From Octopus vulgaris (lineage: Eukaryota), in NCBI GenBank assembly GCA_951406725.2, contig OX597832.1:63302001-63366000 (forward strand): 64,000 bases of DNA. The letters run 5' to 3'. A program made the position numbers and the translations under genes. A model generated the notes under the pieces. The model worked only from the letters and a program-made list of their open reading frames with translations. It did not search any database and was not told the origin of the DNA. Below, one piece after another: positions 39,859 through 53,345 of the stretch; the first letter of the stretch is position 1, and every line of letters begins with the position of its first letter.

Positions 39859-39982
39859 CATTATTATTATTATCATTATCATTATTATTATCATTATTAT
39901 TATCATTATTATTATTATCATTATTATTATTATCATTATTATTATCATTATTATTATCATTATTATCATTATTATTATTATT
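39409..39982. repeat. about 570-bp (ATT)n/(ATC) microsatellite, expanded SINE tail
   Basis: Direct reading; follows a SINE 3' end. Confidence 0.95.
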
Positions 39983-40658
39983 AACATTTCTTCTGACTCT
40001 AAGTTCTCAGTTCAAATTTCATTGAGGTCATTTCTGCCTTTCATCCTTTCGGAGTTGATAATATAAGACCTAAAATTTCAAGCCTTTTGCTTATTGTGAA
40101 AAGAATCATCATTATTATTAAGGTAACGAGCTGGCAGAATCGTTAGCACGGCAGGCAAAATGCAGAGTGGTATTTCATCTGCCACTGCATTCTGAGTTCA
40201 AATTCCACTGAGGTTAACTTTGCCTTTCCTTCTTTTGGGGTTGATGAATTAAGTACCAGTTATGCACTGGGGTCAATGTAATTGACTGGCCTCCTCTCAC
40301 CATATTTCAGGCCTTGTACCCATAGTAGAAAGGATTATTATTAGTTGTTTTGGGTGAATGGTAGAATTATCCTCTCTTCAGATAAAATACCAAGTAACAT
40401 TTCTTTTGGCTCTCTAGGTTCTCAGTTCAAATTCCACCAAGGACAATGCTGCCTTTTATCCTTTCAGGGTTGATAAAACAAGTACCGATTGATTACTACT
40501 AACCCCCAAGATTGAGTTCAATTCCAGGCAGTGACCTGAATCAGCTGCAGGCCCAGACAGATTGATAGCAAAACGATTAACAACCTAATTTTTTTAAAAA
40601 CTTTTTTAATTTTTTATTTCTTTACTAATTTAATTATTTTGTCTTTTTTTAAATTCAG

Positions 40659-40796
40659 GTCGTTATGGTATTGACATCTTGTACAGCAGTAAGCAAATTG
40701 ACGGCAGTCCGTTCTCAGTGGATGTCTTTGATATTAATAAAATACGTGTCGAAGACTTATATTCAACTGCAGTTGATGAACCAGCAGGATTCACTG
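40659..40796 (+). CDS. filamin exon 13 (138 nt)
   Basis: aaattcag|..|gtaagt; GRYGIDILYSSKQIDGSPFSVDVFDINKIRVEDLYSTAVDEPAGFT. Confidence 0.93.
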
Positions 40797-41193
40797 GTAA
40801 GTTGTATAGATATTATTATTATTGTTGTTGTTGTTTAGCCACAGGCCAACCCTGGTTGGACAGGTACATGATCAAAAATATTCCAACTGTGACCATCTAG
40901 CCCGTTCTAGTCATGACCTGTTGTCAGTAGCAGGATCTCCATAACAACTGATTTGTGTCTGTTAATTCTTTCTTACAGACAGTCATTCACTTGTTTCAGT
41001 CATTTGACTGTAGCCATGCTGGAGCACTGCCTTTTAGTCAAAGAAATCGACCCCAGGACTTATTCTTTATAAGCCTGGTACTTTATCAGTCTTATTTGCA
41101 GAACCGCTAATTTAAGGAGACATAAACACACCAGCATCAGTTGTCAAGCGATGGTGGAAGGACAGACATAGATTCACACATACACACACATAC

Positions 41194-41246
<53 letters not shown>

Positions 41247-41939
41247 TATACACTCACACCAGACTTCTTTTCAGTTTCTGTCTACCAAATCCACTCACAA
41301 GGCTTTGGTCAGCCCGAGGCTATAGTAGAAGATACTTGCCCAAGGTGCCACACAGTGGAACTGAACCCGGAACCATGTGGTTGGGAAGCAAGCTTCTTAC
41401 CACACTCCACACTGTATATATTCTTTTGTACATGTGCAGACAGTGAGAGCCCTTGGCCTAGTGGCGGTTAGGGTGTTGCGCTCATGATGGTGAGATCTGT
41501 TTTGATTCCTTGACTGGGTGGGGGGAGGGCATTGTGTTCTTGAGCAAAACACTTCATTTCATGCCGCTCTGTGATTGCTTCAACACTTGATGTGCGGCAC
41601 ATTTGTGCACCTGTACAGCCAGCTCCATCTGAAACCACTGAACCCATGCCAGCATGGAAAGTAGATGTTAAACAATAAGGATGATATATGATTGTGTGTA
41701 TGTGTGTGTATATGTATGCATATGATTGAATGTGTGTGTGTGTGTGTGTGATTGTGTGCGTCATGTATGATTATGTGCATGCATGTGTGTGTGATTGTGT
41801 GCTTATGTGTCTGTACATATGTGTATATATGTACTTATGTATGTGTGTACATATGTACGTATGTATGTACATATTTTTGTATGTATGTATGCACATGTAT
41901 GTTCATACATAAGTACATATGCATGTATGTGTATGTATG

Positions 41940-41972
<33 letters not shown>

Positions 41973-43295
41973 GGGGGACACATGCTTTCATACATATTAG
42001 ACCTGCAGGTATATACCTGTAGCCATCTAATTACATATACAAACATACCCACCATAATAAGCAGGTTGACTCCTCTCCTGTTGTATCAGTGTTGATTATA
42101 GCCTGGAGGTGGTCAGCCACCAGCTTCCTGCTAAAGACTCTGTCAACCTATTGCTATGGAATGGCCTTCAGCTCTTCACTGAATCTGTTTTACGGGTATA
42201 AAAAGCTAACTTTTGACAAACCTGCTCCTGCCTCTCCCCTTCCATGCATGATCCGTTAGTTTATTTAGGGGTTAGTGGGGTTGGGATTGTGGTTAAGGCT
42301 GGAATTGGTATTTAATATCTTGTAGGGTGTTATTTTTACCATTGGTTCATTGTCCTGTGTTTGAACACCAGGCTACCCTTCCATCAACCCATTTACTGCA
42401 CATACACACACATACATACACACACATACATACATACACACTCACACACACACGCACATATCCACCATTTTAATTATGATATGACCATCCTGTCTGTAGC
42501 CTCAGCTATAAATACCCTTGCTGAATGTGTGTGTGTGAGAGCAAGTGAGACACTGACAGAGAGAGAGAATGGGTGTATATGTACATGTAAATTCATATAT
42601 GTATACATGTAAATATTGATATTTATATGTGTGTGTGTGTATGTACACATATACATGTCTGTGTGTGTGTGTGATTATACTTACACACACATGTATATGT
42701 ATACATTACACATATATACTTAGATGCATTTATATATATATATGCATTCATTTATGTATAAATTCACACACAGGCACATATACACACACATACAACTATT
42801 TTTTTCTCGTGGGACAGCTCTTGACTTTCACATCATTACCTTCTAAATCATCATCATCACCCAACTGCAAACAGTATCATCTCCACATCAGGGAAATCCT
42901 TTGCAGTATTTGTTCCAAAACTTTACGTTCTGAGTTCAAATCCAGCTGAAGTTAACTTTACCTTTCATTTTTTTAGGGGATCAATAAAATCAAGTACCAG
43001 TTGTATACTGGTGTTAATATAATCAACTTGACCCCTCCCCCCCATCAAAAATTTCAGGCCTTATGGATACAGTAGAAAAAATTATCATTATTATTATTAT
43101 GTTTTGCATTCAAATTCCGCCAGGGTCAACTTTGCCCTTCATCCTTTCAGGGTTGATTAAATAAATATCTGTTACGCACTGGGGCTGATGTAATCGACTT
43201 AATCCCTTCCCCCAAATTTGAGGCCTTGTGCTTCCAGTTGAAAGGATTATCATCATTATTATTATTAGTAGTAGTAGTAGTAGTAGTAGTAATAA

Positions 43296-43354
<59 letters not shown>

Positions 43355-44835
43355 AGGTAATGAACTGACAGGAACATTAGCCTGCCAGGTAAAATGCTTG
43401 GCAGCATTTCGGCTGTCCTTAAGTTCTAAGATCAAATCCCACCATGGTTGACCTTGCTTTTCATCCTATTAGGATTGATAAATTAAGTACCAGTCAAGTA
43501 CTGGAGTCGATGTGATCAGCTTACCTTCTCCCCCACCAAAAACTTTCAGGCCTTGTGCCGATAGGAAAAAGGATTATTTTATTTATTATAATTATTAGGT
43601 CACATGGCCTTGTGGTTACGGTGTTGCACTTATGATTGAAAAATTGTGATTTCAATTCTTAGACTGGGTACTGCGTTGTGTTGTTGAGCAAAAAATAATT
43701 TTTCTGCTCGTGATCAGAGGTGCACATATCGTCAGCCACTAAGGGACATGCTCAACTGGTTAAGGTCAAACAACTGGCAAGAAAATATACCAAGAGAAAA
43801 CAGTGTACATGGTAGCACTTCCAATCAGTTAAGATCAGAAGCCATGAGAACCACTGCCTGGTGTTAAACGACAGTGAGACACAGAACCAGGTAGAGCACT
43901 GATCAATATACCTTGTGGTATTTAGTTACATCCCTTGACATTCTGATTTCATGACAACCACTGCTATCTACCACTATGACCATTACTACCATCCCTCCCA
44001 CAACAATTACTACTACTACTACTACAACCATTGCTACTAACAATAATACCATCACCATCAGTACAACAACCACTACTCTGACCACTGCAACCAGTATCAT
44101 CACCACTACTACTGGCTGCTATGGCAACCACCACCTTTGCTGTTGTTTCTAATACCACCACTCCCAATTACCACCACCACTGCTACTGTTACTGCTGCTG
44201 CTGCTACTACTACTCCGACATCCCTCACACTACTGCTAAATACTCTGACCACATTCATCAATGGACTGACCAAATAGCTTGACCAACTTTATTACTCCTG
44301 GGCTGGTTTGTATTAGGATCCCCATAAACAGCAGCAGTAGCAGCAGCAGTAGCAGCAGCAGCAGCATTGATACTTGAAACTCTGATCCCCTTTTTAAGGG
44401 TCCTTAAGATCTTGCTTGCTTTTGAAACAGTGACAGTTAATAGAGGCTATTTTATTAACCTCCACACCCTTAACAACAGCAACAACAGGACACAAACTAC
44501 CAGGTACCCTTATTTATTTATTTATTTATTATTTGGTCAGCAGATTAGCTCTATCCTGCTATTTTGATAAGACATCATCATAATCATCATCATCATTGGC
44601 TTTTTTCAATGTTTGTTCTTAGCTATCTGCAACAGCAGTTTTTTTTTTTTTTATTTTCATCATCATCATCATTTATATTTCACTTTCATTATCATCTTCT
44701 TCATCATCTCTTAATCTTTACCATCACCATTATAATCATCTTATAGTCTTCCCCACCATCATCCTCTTCATAATATTCTACATCATCATTATCAACAATT
44801 ATATCAACAATTTCAACACCATTATCAGGTCCTTT

Positions 44836-45192
44836 ACTTAAGAGATGAGGAATTACGTACATTATTTACATTTGACGTTTATTTGTCCTCATCTTGTTTG
44901 TTGTTAACATGTTTCAGCTGATATACCCTCCAGCCTACGACATATACCCCTGGACACATGGCGTAGCGGTTAAGAGTGCAGGCTACTAACCCCAAGATTC
45001 TGAGTTCAATTCTAGGCAGGGACCTGGATAATAATAATAATAATAATAATATCAAAAAATACCTTAGGAATGAGAACCCAGGTTTGAAATTTCCCCAAGA
45101 CACCTGATGAAGGCTGGAGGGTATATCAGCTGAATCGTTGTGTTAACAACAAACAAGATGAGGAGAAATATCCATCAAATGTAAATAATGTA
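44836..45192 (+). mobile_element. tRNA-head plus hammerhead Penelope-derived short element, copy 3
   Basis: Inverted 3' end 44836-44935, head tggcgtagcggttaagag..gagttcaattc, hammerhead motif at 45099-45144. Confidence 0.8.
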
Positions 45193-45299
45193 CCATTATC
45201 AGGATTCTTTACTTCAACATCACCCCTGATGACCAGAAACACACCCACTCACACACAATACAATGAAATTAAAATTTAAAAAAAGGATACATCAGACTG

Positions 45300-45990
45300 A
45301 AACCTACCTGGGTATGTGAGGGAGAACAGTTTGTCTTTACCTCAAACTCTTGTTTATAGTTGTCCATCAAAGTTGACGAGGATGTTGTCCTCTAGGAGTC
45401 TTATGCTTTATTTTGTGAGTTGAGAGACATGAAAACAGTCTGATCCTGGAATGGACACAGATGACAAGGGAAGCTGCCAATTATGTTGTTGGTGTGTCTG
45501 AGATGACACTGATGTCTCTTTTCCTCAAGTTCCTTTCGTCGGATTAGTTCAAAGTGTGCAGCTCCTTCGTCATAGAGGGAGCACCAGGTTTCCTGGTCCT
45601 GAGCAAAGTGTTTAAGTTGTACCAGTTGAATGTTGCAGGAGTTGAGGAAAAGCTTAAGACGGTTCCTGAACCTCTTCTTGGGTCCACCTGTGCAGGCGAC
45701 CACTGGTTGATAGCTCTCCAAAGAAGACCATTTTTGGGAGACGATTATCAAACATCCTGATAATGTGGCCAACCCATCTTAGAAGATGGCATTAGATGAT
45801 AGCTTCAACCCTTGGGGATTCCTGCTTGCTGGAGAATTTCTGTGTGAAGGACTATATCTTTCCAAGAAATGAATAAAATTCATTGGAGTCAATGGATGTG
45901 AAATGACTTTAGTTTCCTCACATGATGGCAGTTTAAGGTCCAGCTTTCACAATCATACAGTAATGTTGAGATGACAACAGCCTCAAACTC
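45300..45990 (-). mobile_element. RTE/BovB-like LINE 3' fragment
   Basis: Minus strand AVVISTLLYDCESWTL..LRWVGHIIRMFDNRLPKMVFFGEL..KRFRNRLK. Confidence 0.75.
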
Positions 45991-47297
45991 TAACCCTCAT
46001 AGTTGCTGTTTTTCCATTTCCAGCACCCCTAAATATTCAGACATATTAACACCTCTGGAGAGCTACCGAACAAGGGAACCTTTATACAGTTTGTTGACCT
46101 GCTAAAAACAACAGCTAAATCTTTCTCAAATCATTGGCTAACATTTTAACTCTTGGTTTAAAGGAAGGGCACCCAGCCATTGAAACCATACCACACAGAG
46201 ACAGGAACACTATTGGATCATTGGGTCCATGAGATCCTGTCAGGATGTCCAACTCATGCCAGTGTGGAAGATGTATGCTAAATAATGAGGAGGAGGACGA
46301 CGATGATAACGATACCAGCCTACCAGGGACTACTTTTGATTTTATAATACAAAATTCTTGATTTAAGTTAATACTTCGCAACAAAATTACATATTAAAAA
46401 CCTATTCCAAATATCAGCTTAATAACGAAAAAAATATTTTACCAAATTCTTCATTATTTTGGAATTTTATTGAAATAAAACCAGTTTATTTCAACAGAGA
46501 AATGGTAACAAAAGGGTTCATAAGGAAAAAGGTATTTTAATTAATTCTCCATTATTAGGTGCAAGTGTGGCTGTGTGATAAGAATCTTGTTTTACAACCA
46601 CAAGCTTCTAGGTTCAGTCCCACTGCATGCTGCCCTAGGCAAATGTCTTCTACTATGGTCTCAAGCTGAACAAAGTCTTGTGAGTAGATGTGGTAGGCAG
46701 AAACTGAAAGAAGCCCATTGTGTGTGTGTCGTTTTTTTTCTGTGTTTTTTCCCACCACTGCATGACAACCAGTATCGGTTTGTTTAACTTAGAAGTTCAG
46801 CAAAAGAGATGAATAGAATAAGTACCAGGCTTTACAAAATAGGTACTGAGGGCGATTTGTTTGACTAAAAAAGCAAAAACCTTTTAAGGCATGGTCCAGT
46901 TCAAAGACTGAAACAAGTAAAAGATAGCTGATACAAGATTATTTCAGAATTAATTTTTAAAAAGTCAACTTTTATCCTTCCGGAGTCAATAATCTCCGAT
47001 AATAATCAAGTACTTGATTAGGGTAATCAACTTAAGACCCTCCAATTAAAATTACTAGCAATGCACCTTAATTATCATCATCATCATAATCGTGAGAATT
47101 GTTAGCATGCTGGGTGAAATGCTTCGTGGTATTTTGTTTGCTGCTACATTTTGAGTTCAAATTCCACCGAGATCAATTTTGCCTTTCATCCTTTCATGGT
47201 CAATAAATTAAGTACCAGTTGCGTACTAGGGTTGATCTAATCAACTGCTCCCCACCACTCCTCCAAAACTTCAGGCTTTATGCCTTTAGTAGAAAGG

Positions 47298-47341
<44 letters not shown>

Positions 47342-47568
47342 GATAGTGAGCTGGCAAAATCATTAGCACACTGGGTGAAATGCTTAGCAATATTTCGTCT
47401 GTCATTACATTCTGAGTTCAAATTCCGCCGAGGTTGACTTTGCCTTTCATCCTTTTGGGGTTGTTAAATTAAGTACCATTTAAGTACTGGGGTTGATTTG
47501 GTCAATTGTCCCCTCTCTGCCAAAAAATCCAGTCCTTGTGCCTACAGTACAAAAGATTATTATTATTT

Positions 47569-47924
47569 TATGTTTGACTTTTGCTTTATACATTTGTACA
47601 AGTTGACTCCAAGTCTCACCCAAAAGCCTCAAGAGACAACAAGTTAGAAGTTCATGTTGGTGTTATGCCTAGGATACCATATATTTGGTTTTGCTCATAG
47701 TGTTGTTCTATGGAATGTTTAAGAAACCATAAGAAAATTGTTTGTTTTAAAACTTGAGATTACATAGAAAGTATTATGCGTAGGATATGAGCAGTTCCCA
47801 TGAGCACTATCTCTTGAATTTCTGCCATTTTGGGGTTTCCTCATATCTGAGCTATGTAGCAATCAGCCCCTTTTGCTATCATTCCCAGGGCACCTATGAC
47901 AACAGGTACTGTTTTAGTCTTCAG

Positions 47925-47926
<2 letters not shown>
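47569..47926 (-). mobile_element. R4/Dong-like 3' fragment, same family as 25808-26410
   Basis: High visible identity to 25808-26165; (TTA)n flanks. Confidence 0.85.
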
Positions 47927-47974
<48 letters not shown>

Positions 47975-48000
47975 CATAGTTATTATTGTTGTTTTTGTTG

Positions 48001-48037
<37 letters not shown>

Positions 48038-48249
48038 CATAGTTATTATTGTTGTTATACCTTTTTACTAAAGGTACAAGGCCTGAAGTTTTGGAGGAGT
48101 GGTGGGGAGCAGTTGATTAGATCAACCCTAGTACGCAACTGGTACTTAATTTATTGACCATGAAAGGATGAAAGGCAAAATTGATCTCGTTGGAATTGTT
48201 GTTATTATTATTATCATCATCATCATCATTGTTATTGCTATTATTATTA

Positions 48250-48290
<41 letters not shown>

Positions 48291-48322
48291 TATTTATTTT
48301 TTTAAAATTTCCTTTTTTGCAG

Positions 48323-48496
48323 TGGACTTTTCTGAAGCAGGAAGAGCTGAACATTCTATCACAATAGTTAACCCAGCAGGAAAGACAATTCCTTTTGAAT
48401 TAAAAGAGAACAATGCTAAGAATGAAATCTCTTATATTCCAACCACTCCTGGAGGTCACAACATCTTCATAAACTATGGTGGAATTGAAGTACCCG
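48323..48496 (+). CDS. filamin exon 14 (174 nt)
   Basis: ttttgcag|..|gtaagt; VDFSEAGRAEHSITIVNPAGKTIPFELKENNAKNEISYIPTTPGGHNIFINYGGIEVP. Confidence 0.93.
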
Positions 48497-48708
48497 GTAA
48501 GTAAAGTACCTCTTTTATATTAAAGTACTACTTGTATGATTCCAAAATCCACCCCATATGACATAGTCCAACCTCTATAATTTCAAAGTCCTGTCTTTGA
48601 GTTTTTATCTCACATACCTTGGACATTTGAAAATTGTATGAAAATAGAAGAGAGCAACTGAAAAGATTTGTTAATGGAATCATTGAATTATATATATATA
48701 TATATACG

Positions 48709-48767
48709 TTATTTAAAGCAGCAGAAAATTCAACAGATTTTGTTGAATTTTCTGCTGCTTTAAATAA
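48709..48767. repeat. perfect 27-bp inverted repeat with 5-nt loop
   Basis: ttatttaaagcagcagaaaattcaaca-gattt-tgttgaattttctgctgctttaaataa. Confidence 0.95.
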
Positions 48768-48838
48768 AGCATATTACTCTACCACTGGTATTTGAGTACT
48801 CTTTTTTCCACCTTGTTTCACATTTATGTGTTTACTCC

Positions 48839-48871
<33 letters not shown>

Positions 48872-49608
48872 CCGAAGCCAGTGCCGCCTCGACTGGCTTC
48901 CATGCCAGTGGCACGTAAAATGCACCAATCCGACTGTGGCCGATGCCAGCCTCACCTGGCACCAGTGCAGGTGGCACGTAAAAAGCACCCACTACACTCA
49001 CGGAGTGGTTGGTGTTAGGAAGGGCATCCAGCTGTAGAAACGTTGCCAGATAAGACCGGAGCCTGGTGCAGCCTTCTGGCTTCCCAGATCCCCGGTCGAA
49101 CCATCCAACCCATGCTAGCATGGAGAACGAACGTTAAACGATGATGATGATGATATATATATATATCTCAAGTGACTGGTTCCATTGTTCATGCAAAAGG
49201 CTAAAATAATAGTTGTAGAGGGTTCAACAATTTTCCAGTAGGTGCCAGTCAAGGTTTAAGAGGTAGATCAAAGAATATTTAAGGTGTCATAGCTAAATCA
49301 AATCTTGAAAGACAGTCAAGTGCCCTAAGCAGTCAAGCAAAACCTCAAAATACTTAACAGTGCTTGGTTTTGTCTTCCTGTGTTCTGAGTTTCAATCCTG
49401 CTCAGACTGACTTTACCTTTCATTCCTCTGAAATTAAGAAACTAAGTACCAGTCATATATTGTTTCATTTAACTGCTGCTGCTACTACTACTACAACTAC
49501 TACTCTACTGCACTATTATACCTCACTTTGGCATTAAAAGGAGAAATTAATACTGAGTTGATTTTAACATATAGTGATAAAAATTCTTCAAAACCTGACT
49601 AATGCATA

Positions 49609-50175
49609 ATACAGTTCTATATTTAAGAGATGAGGAATTATATACATTATTTATATTATTTACATTTGACGGATATTTGTCCTCATCTTGTTTGTTGTTA
49701 ACACAACCTTTCGGCTGATATACCCTCCAGCCTTCATCAGGTGTCTTGGAGAAATTCGGAACCTGGGTTCTCATTCCTAAGGTATTTTTCAATGTTATTA
49801 TTATTCAGGTCACTGCCTGGAATTGAACTAACTCTTGGGGTTAGTAGCCCACACTCTTAACCACTATGCCATATGCCCATGGGCAATTATGGAGTGAATT
49901 TTAGGGCTTATAAATCTAATATTTTCCTACCCTTCCTTAATACCAGTTCCCATATGCTATTCATATCTGCGCTCAGTCTGCTCAGGAGGTTATTGTGTCC
50001 TAGCGTATATGTTGCTTTTTTTTAGTTTTTATATTTTCCACTGGTGTTCTCTGTCTATTCTAAATTCACCCCACAGGGGGAGGTGGTCTCCATTTTTCCA
50101 TACTAACTGACATTTCTCCATTTCTGCTGTTTCTGCCATGGATCTTACCCACCCAGAATAGAACTTGATCTGGGT
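49609..50175 (-). mobile_element. Penelope-like element 3' end: GIY-YIG C-terminal remnant, tRNA-like box region and hammerhead (copy 4)
   Basis: Minus strand VWKNGDHLPLWGEFRIDREHQWKI*KLKKATYTLGHNNLLSRLSADMNSIWELVL, followed by the same tRNA-like head and hammerhead (49700-49745) as copies 1-3. Confidence 0.75.
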
Positions 50176-50590
50176 GGATGGGTAAGTAGGTAGGTAGGTA
50201 GGTGCATTTCATTACATTCTTTGTTTACCAAATCCCACTCACTCGCTATTTATCGATTCAAGGCAATAGTATAAAGAAGATACTTGCTCAATCTACTGTG
50301 CAATGGGATCAAATCCCCAACAACAGGTTGAAGTATGGAATGAACTATCCATTTCAGCTGTTAGCCGACAGGACATTGTATCTCTCAAACATTCCATTCT
50401 TCCCTGAAATTTGCCAACATTCTTTCTGACATGCTTATATATCCTTTCTTCTTTGACTCTTTTAACATTTAATTTTCAGATTTTGTCTTTTATCCTGTGT
50501 ACTATGCATGTACTTTGAGCTTGCATTGCTGTTTTTCAAGACTTATTGGTGCTTTCTCTCCCTCTTTTGATCTTTTCCCATTAACTGTAG

Positions 50591-50658
50591 GGTACCTGAC
50601 CACTATACAAAAAAGGTCATTATTATTATTAACCACGCAGCAATGCCTACTTATGTAA
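50591..50658 (+). CDS. candidate alternative terminal exon of the filamin gene, ending in CaaX (CLLM*)
   Basis: Long pyrimidine tract plus ctgtag acceptor; in phase 1 with exon 14 it reads GYLTTIQKRSLLLLTTQQCLLM-TAA. No homology support. Confidence 0.35.
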
Positions 50659-51325
50659 AAAAAAAAAAGCAAAGAAACTCCTTGTAATTTTAAACAAAAC
50701 TTCTCCCCAATATGGAAACCCATAATTAAATACAATTAAGACAGTGATTATTATAATTAAATCAGGGTATTGTGGATAGTTTTATTTTTCTCAAAAATAA
50801 CGAATTTAGTAATGCTTACACATTTTTATTCTGTCTCTTCTTGCTCCTGCAAAACTTAAGTTTTCACTCAGTGAAAATAATACATCATTAAAGGGAAGTA
50901 ATTCCAGTTGCACTCGATTTGTTTGCTCTTCTTTCTGTGTTGGACTGTGTAAAGGTGTACTCTATTTAAAGAATCTGTACTCTTTATAATACTAAGAATT
51001 CTCTTATATTTTTTGAGCTCTATACTTCTCAACCCCTCTTTTTCTTTATCTATTTTTAATTTTTCTCTCCAAATGAATATTATATAGCTTTAAAAGTCAG
51101 CAAGCTGGCAGAATCGTTAACTCACTGGACAAAATACTTAACGACATTTAGACCATATTTAGGTTTTGAGTTCAAATTCTGTCAGGGTTTACTTACTTTT
51201 TTGTTCTTTCGGGGTTGATGGGATAAGTACCAAATGAGTACTGGGGTCGATGTAATCCACTTATGCATCCACCACCACCACCCCCCGAAATTGCTAGCTT
51301 TGTGCCAAAATTTAAAATTAATATT

Positions 51326-51955
51326 GGGTGCTGGTGTAGTATGGGATCTACATGCCATTGTGATCTACAGCAACTTAAATCTAGACTCGCTTGTGATCTA
51401 CATTCAAAATTTTGTTAAAAATGTGCAATTATAATTAGAGGAGTGAGTTAAACATTTAAAAAAGAAAAGAAAAAGAAAAATGTTTAGTGATTTTTATTTC
51501 ATACCAGAAACATGAACACTGTGACTCCTTATACACATCATTGCATTCTTTAGCTCTCATCACAACATTTTTTTAATAGGCTCAGGACTAAATGTGTTCG
51601 CCAACACTACACCTGATTTTCTCCCCTCTATACACACGCAAGCATGTCTCTGACTCATACACTGTTCACTTTCCAGACATTTGTACATTACTGCATATGC
51701 TTTATATGCACTTTTGACGAGATGTGGTGCACCTGAGTACTATATACAATAATTTCATTATTATTATTATTATTATTATTAAATCATAAAAGCGTTTTTG
51801 GTTTATTTACCAAACCAACCAGAAGTCAAGTAAATGGATGAATTTTAATGTAGATCAAAAAGTCGGTGTAAATCACAAGCTACACCATTTGAACTAATGT
51901 AGATCATAAGCTACACCAAAAATGTGTGTGTAGATCACATACTACACCGGCACCC
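51326..51955. mobile_element. non-autonomous DNA transposon with subterminal repeats and a nested LINE tail
   Basis: TIRs GGGTGC(T/C)GGTGTAGTATG(G/T)GATCTACA, AATATT on both flanks, repeated GATCTACA/TGTAGATC; nested piece with (TAT)n tail at ~51580-51780. Confidence 0.75.
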
Positions 51956-53305
51956 AATATTGTGTAGTAGAAAATATATAAACACATATATACATACAGA
52001 AAAGTGCTTGTATGTGTATATGTGTGTGTGTATTTACCTTTTACTCCAAGGCAGACGTAATGCAATGTCCATATTCACCTGACACCTGAGTCCCTCTAGC
52101 AGGGTCCCCTCTGATCCAAGCATTCAGACCAGGCTTCTGGTCATCAGATATCTTCATCCACCCCTTGCATCAATCACTGAGGCCTTGTAAAGGGTGTGGC
52201 CACTGCCATTACTGCTTAACTAAAAGACTTTAAAAAAACTAAACAAGACATTCCTATAACCACTGTAGGCAAGGGAGATCACTGCACTTGATATCTAGGA
52301 GTATATATGTGTGTATACATTTGTGTGTCTGTTTGTCCGCCAACATCACTTGACAACCGATTCTGATGTGTTACATTGCCGTAACTTAGCAGTTCAGTAA
52401 AAGAGACTGATAGAATAAGTACTAGGCTTACAAACTGGGTTCAGTTTGCTCGACTAAAGGTGGTGCTCCAGCATGGCTACATTCAAATGACTGAAACAAA
52501 TAAAAGAGTAAAAGAGACCCTAAATTACTGTAGAATTATAACTGTCAGGAACGCAGATCAAGGAAGAATTTCCAGAAGTTTATAGTTCCGAGTTTAATAG
52601 TTTTGGTAAGATAATTAGAGTGCTTTTTGTTGCTTTTTACTTGTTTTTCTTTTTTTTTTCATGTTGGGGGAAAGCATAGTAAGAATAATGAGAGGAGAGT
52701 CTGGTGAATAAGGTGGGTCCGAACCAGGGTAATACAGCTGTAAGAACTGTTGTTAGTGGTAGTAAGAGGAAGTAGGAGAGTGATGTGGAATGTTGGTTTA
52801 TTGTTGGATGTAAGGTAGAAGGAGGGAGTGAGGGTTTGTGTGTGGCAGGTATTCCTCTGGATTTTCTGTTTGAGTTTAGAATTAGACAGACAGACAGATA
52901 TAAACAGACAGGCAGGAAGACACACACACACTGAAAGAAAAGAGAAAATGATTTCCATCCTGTATATTTTTATGTCTCTTTTAATTGCACCACAAAATGT
53001 CAATTTTGTTTGTTAAAAACAAAAAGAAAAATGCCATGAAGGCAAACAAAGAATGCACATCAAGAAGATAAATTTGTTTGTAGTAAAGGAATCCAACTTT
53101 ACCATTTTATTTTTCTCCCAATTCATTATAAAACAGCACAGGTTGGCTAAATATACTCTAATAATGCTGGCAGGGATTTTCTTTCTGAGTATGAGACATT
53201 TTGGCTCAGTCATTTTGGCATCACTAATTCTATGCTGACTTATTTAACACAAGACATTTTAATGTTTCTCACATTTTCTCCCCCTCTTTTTCTCTCAATC
53301 TCTCA

Positions 53306-53345
<40 letters not shown>

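Noticed and set aside
39336-40066. ORFs of 214-229 aa (poly-L, poly-I)
   Set aside because: Translations of the ATT/ATC microsatellite. The same applies to the YI/CV/HT/poly-H/poly-P ORFs elsewhere.
52549-52605. 57-nt phase 1-1 open cassette exon (GTQIKEEFPEVYSSEFNSF) with gtaag donor
   Set aside because: No pyrimidine tract, no filamin similarity and it abuts a SINE; cannot be supported without RNA data.
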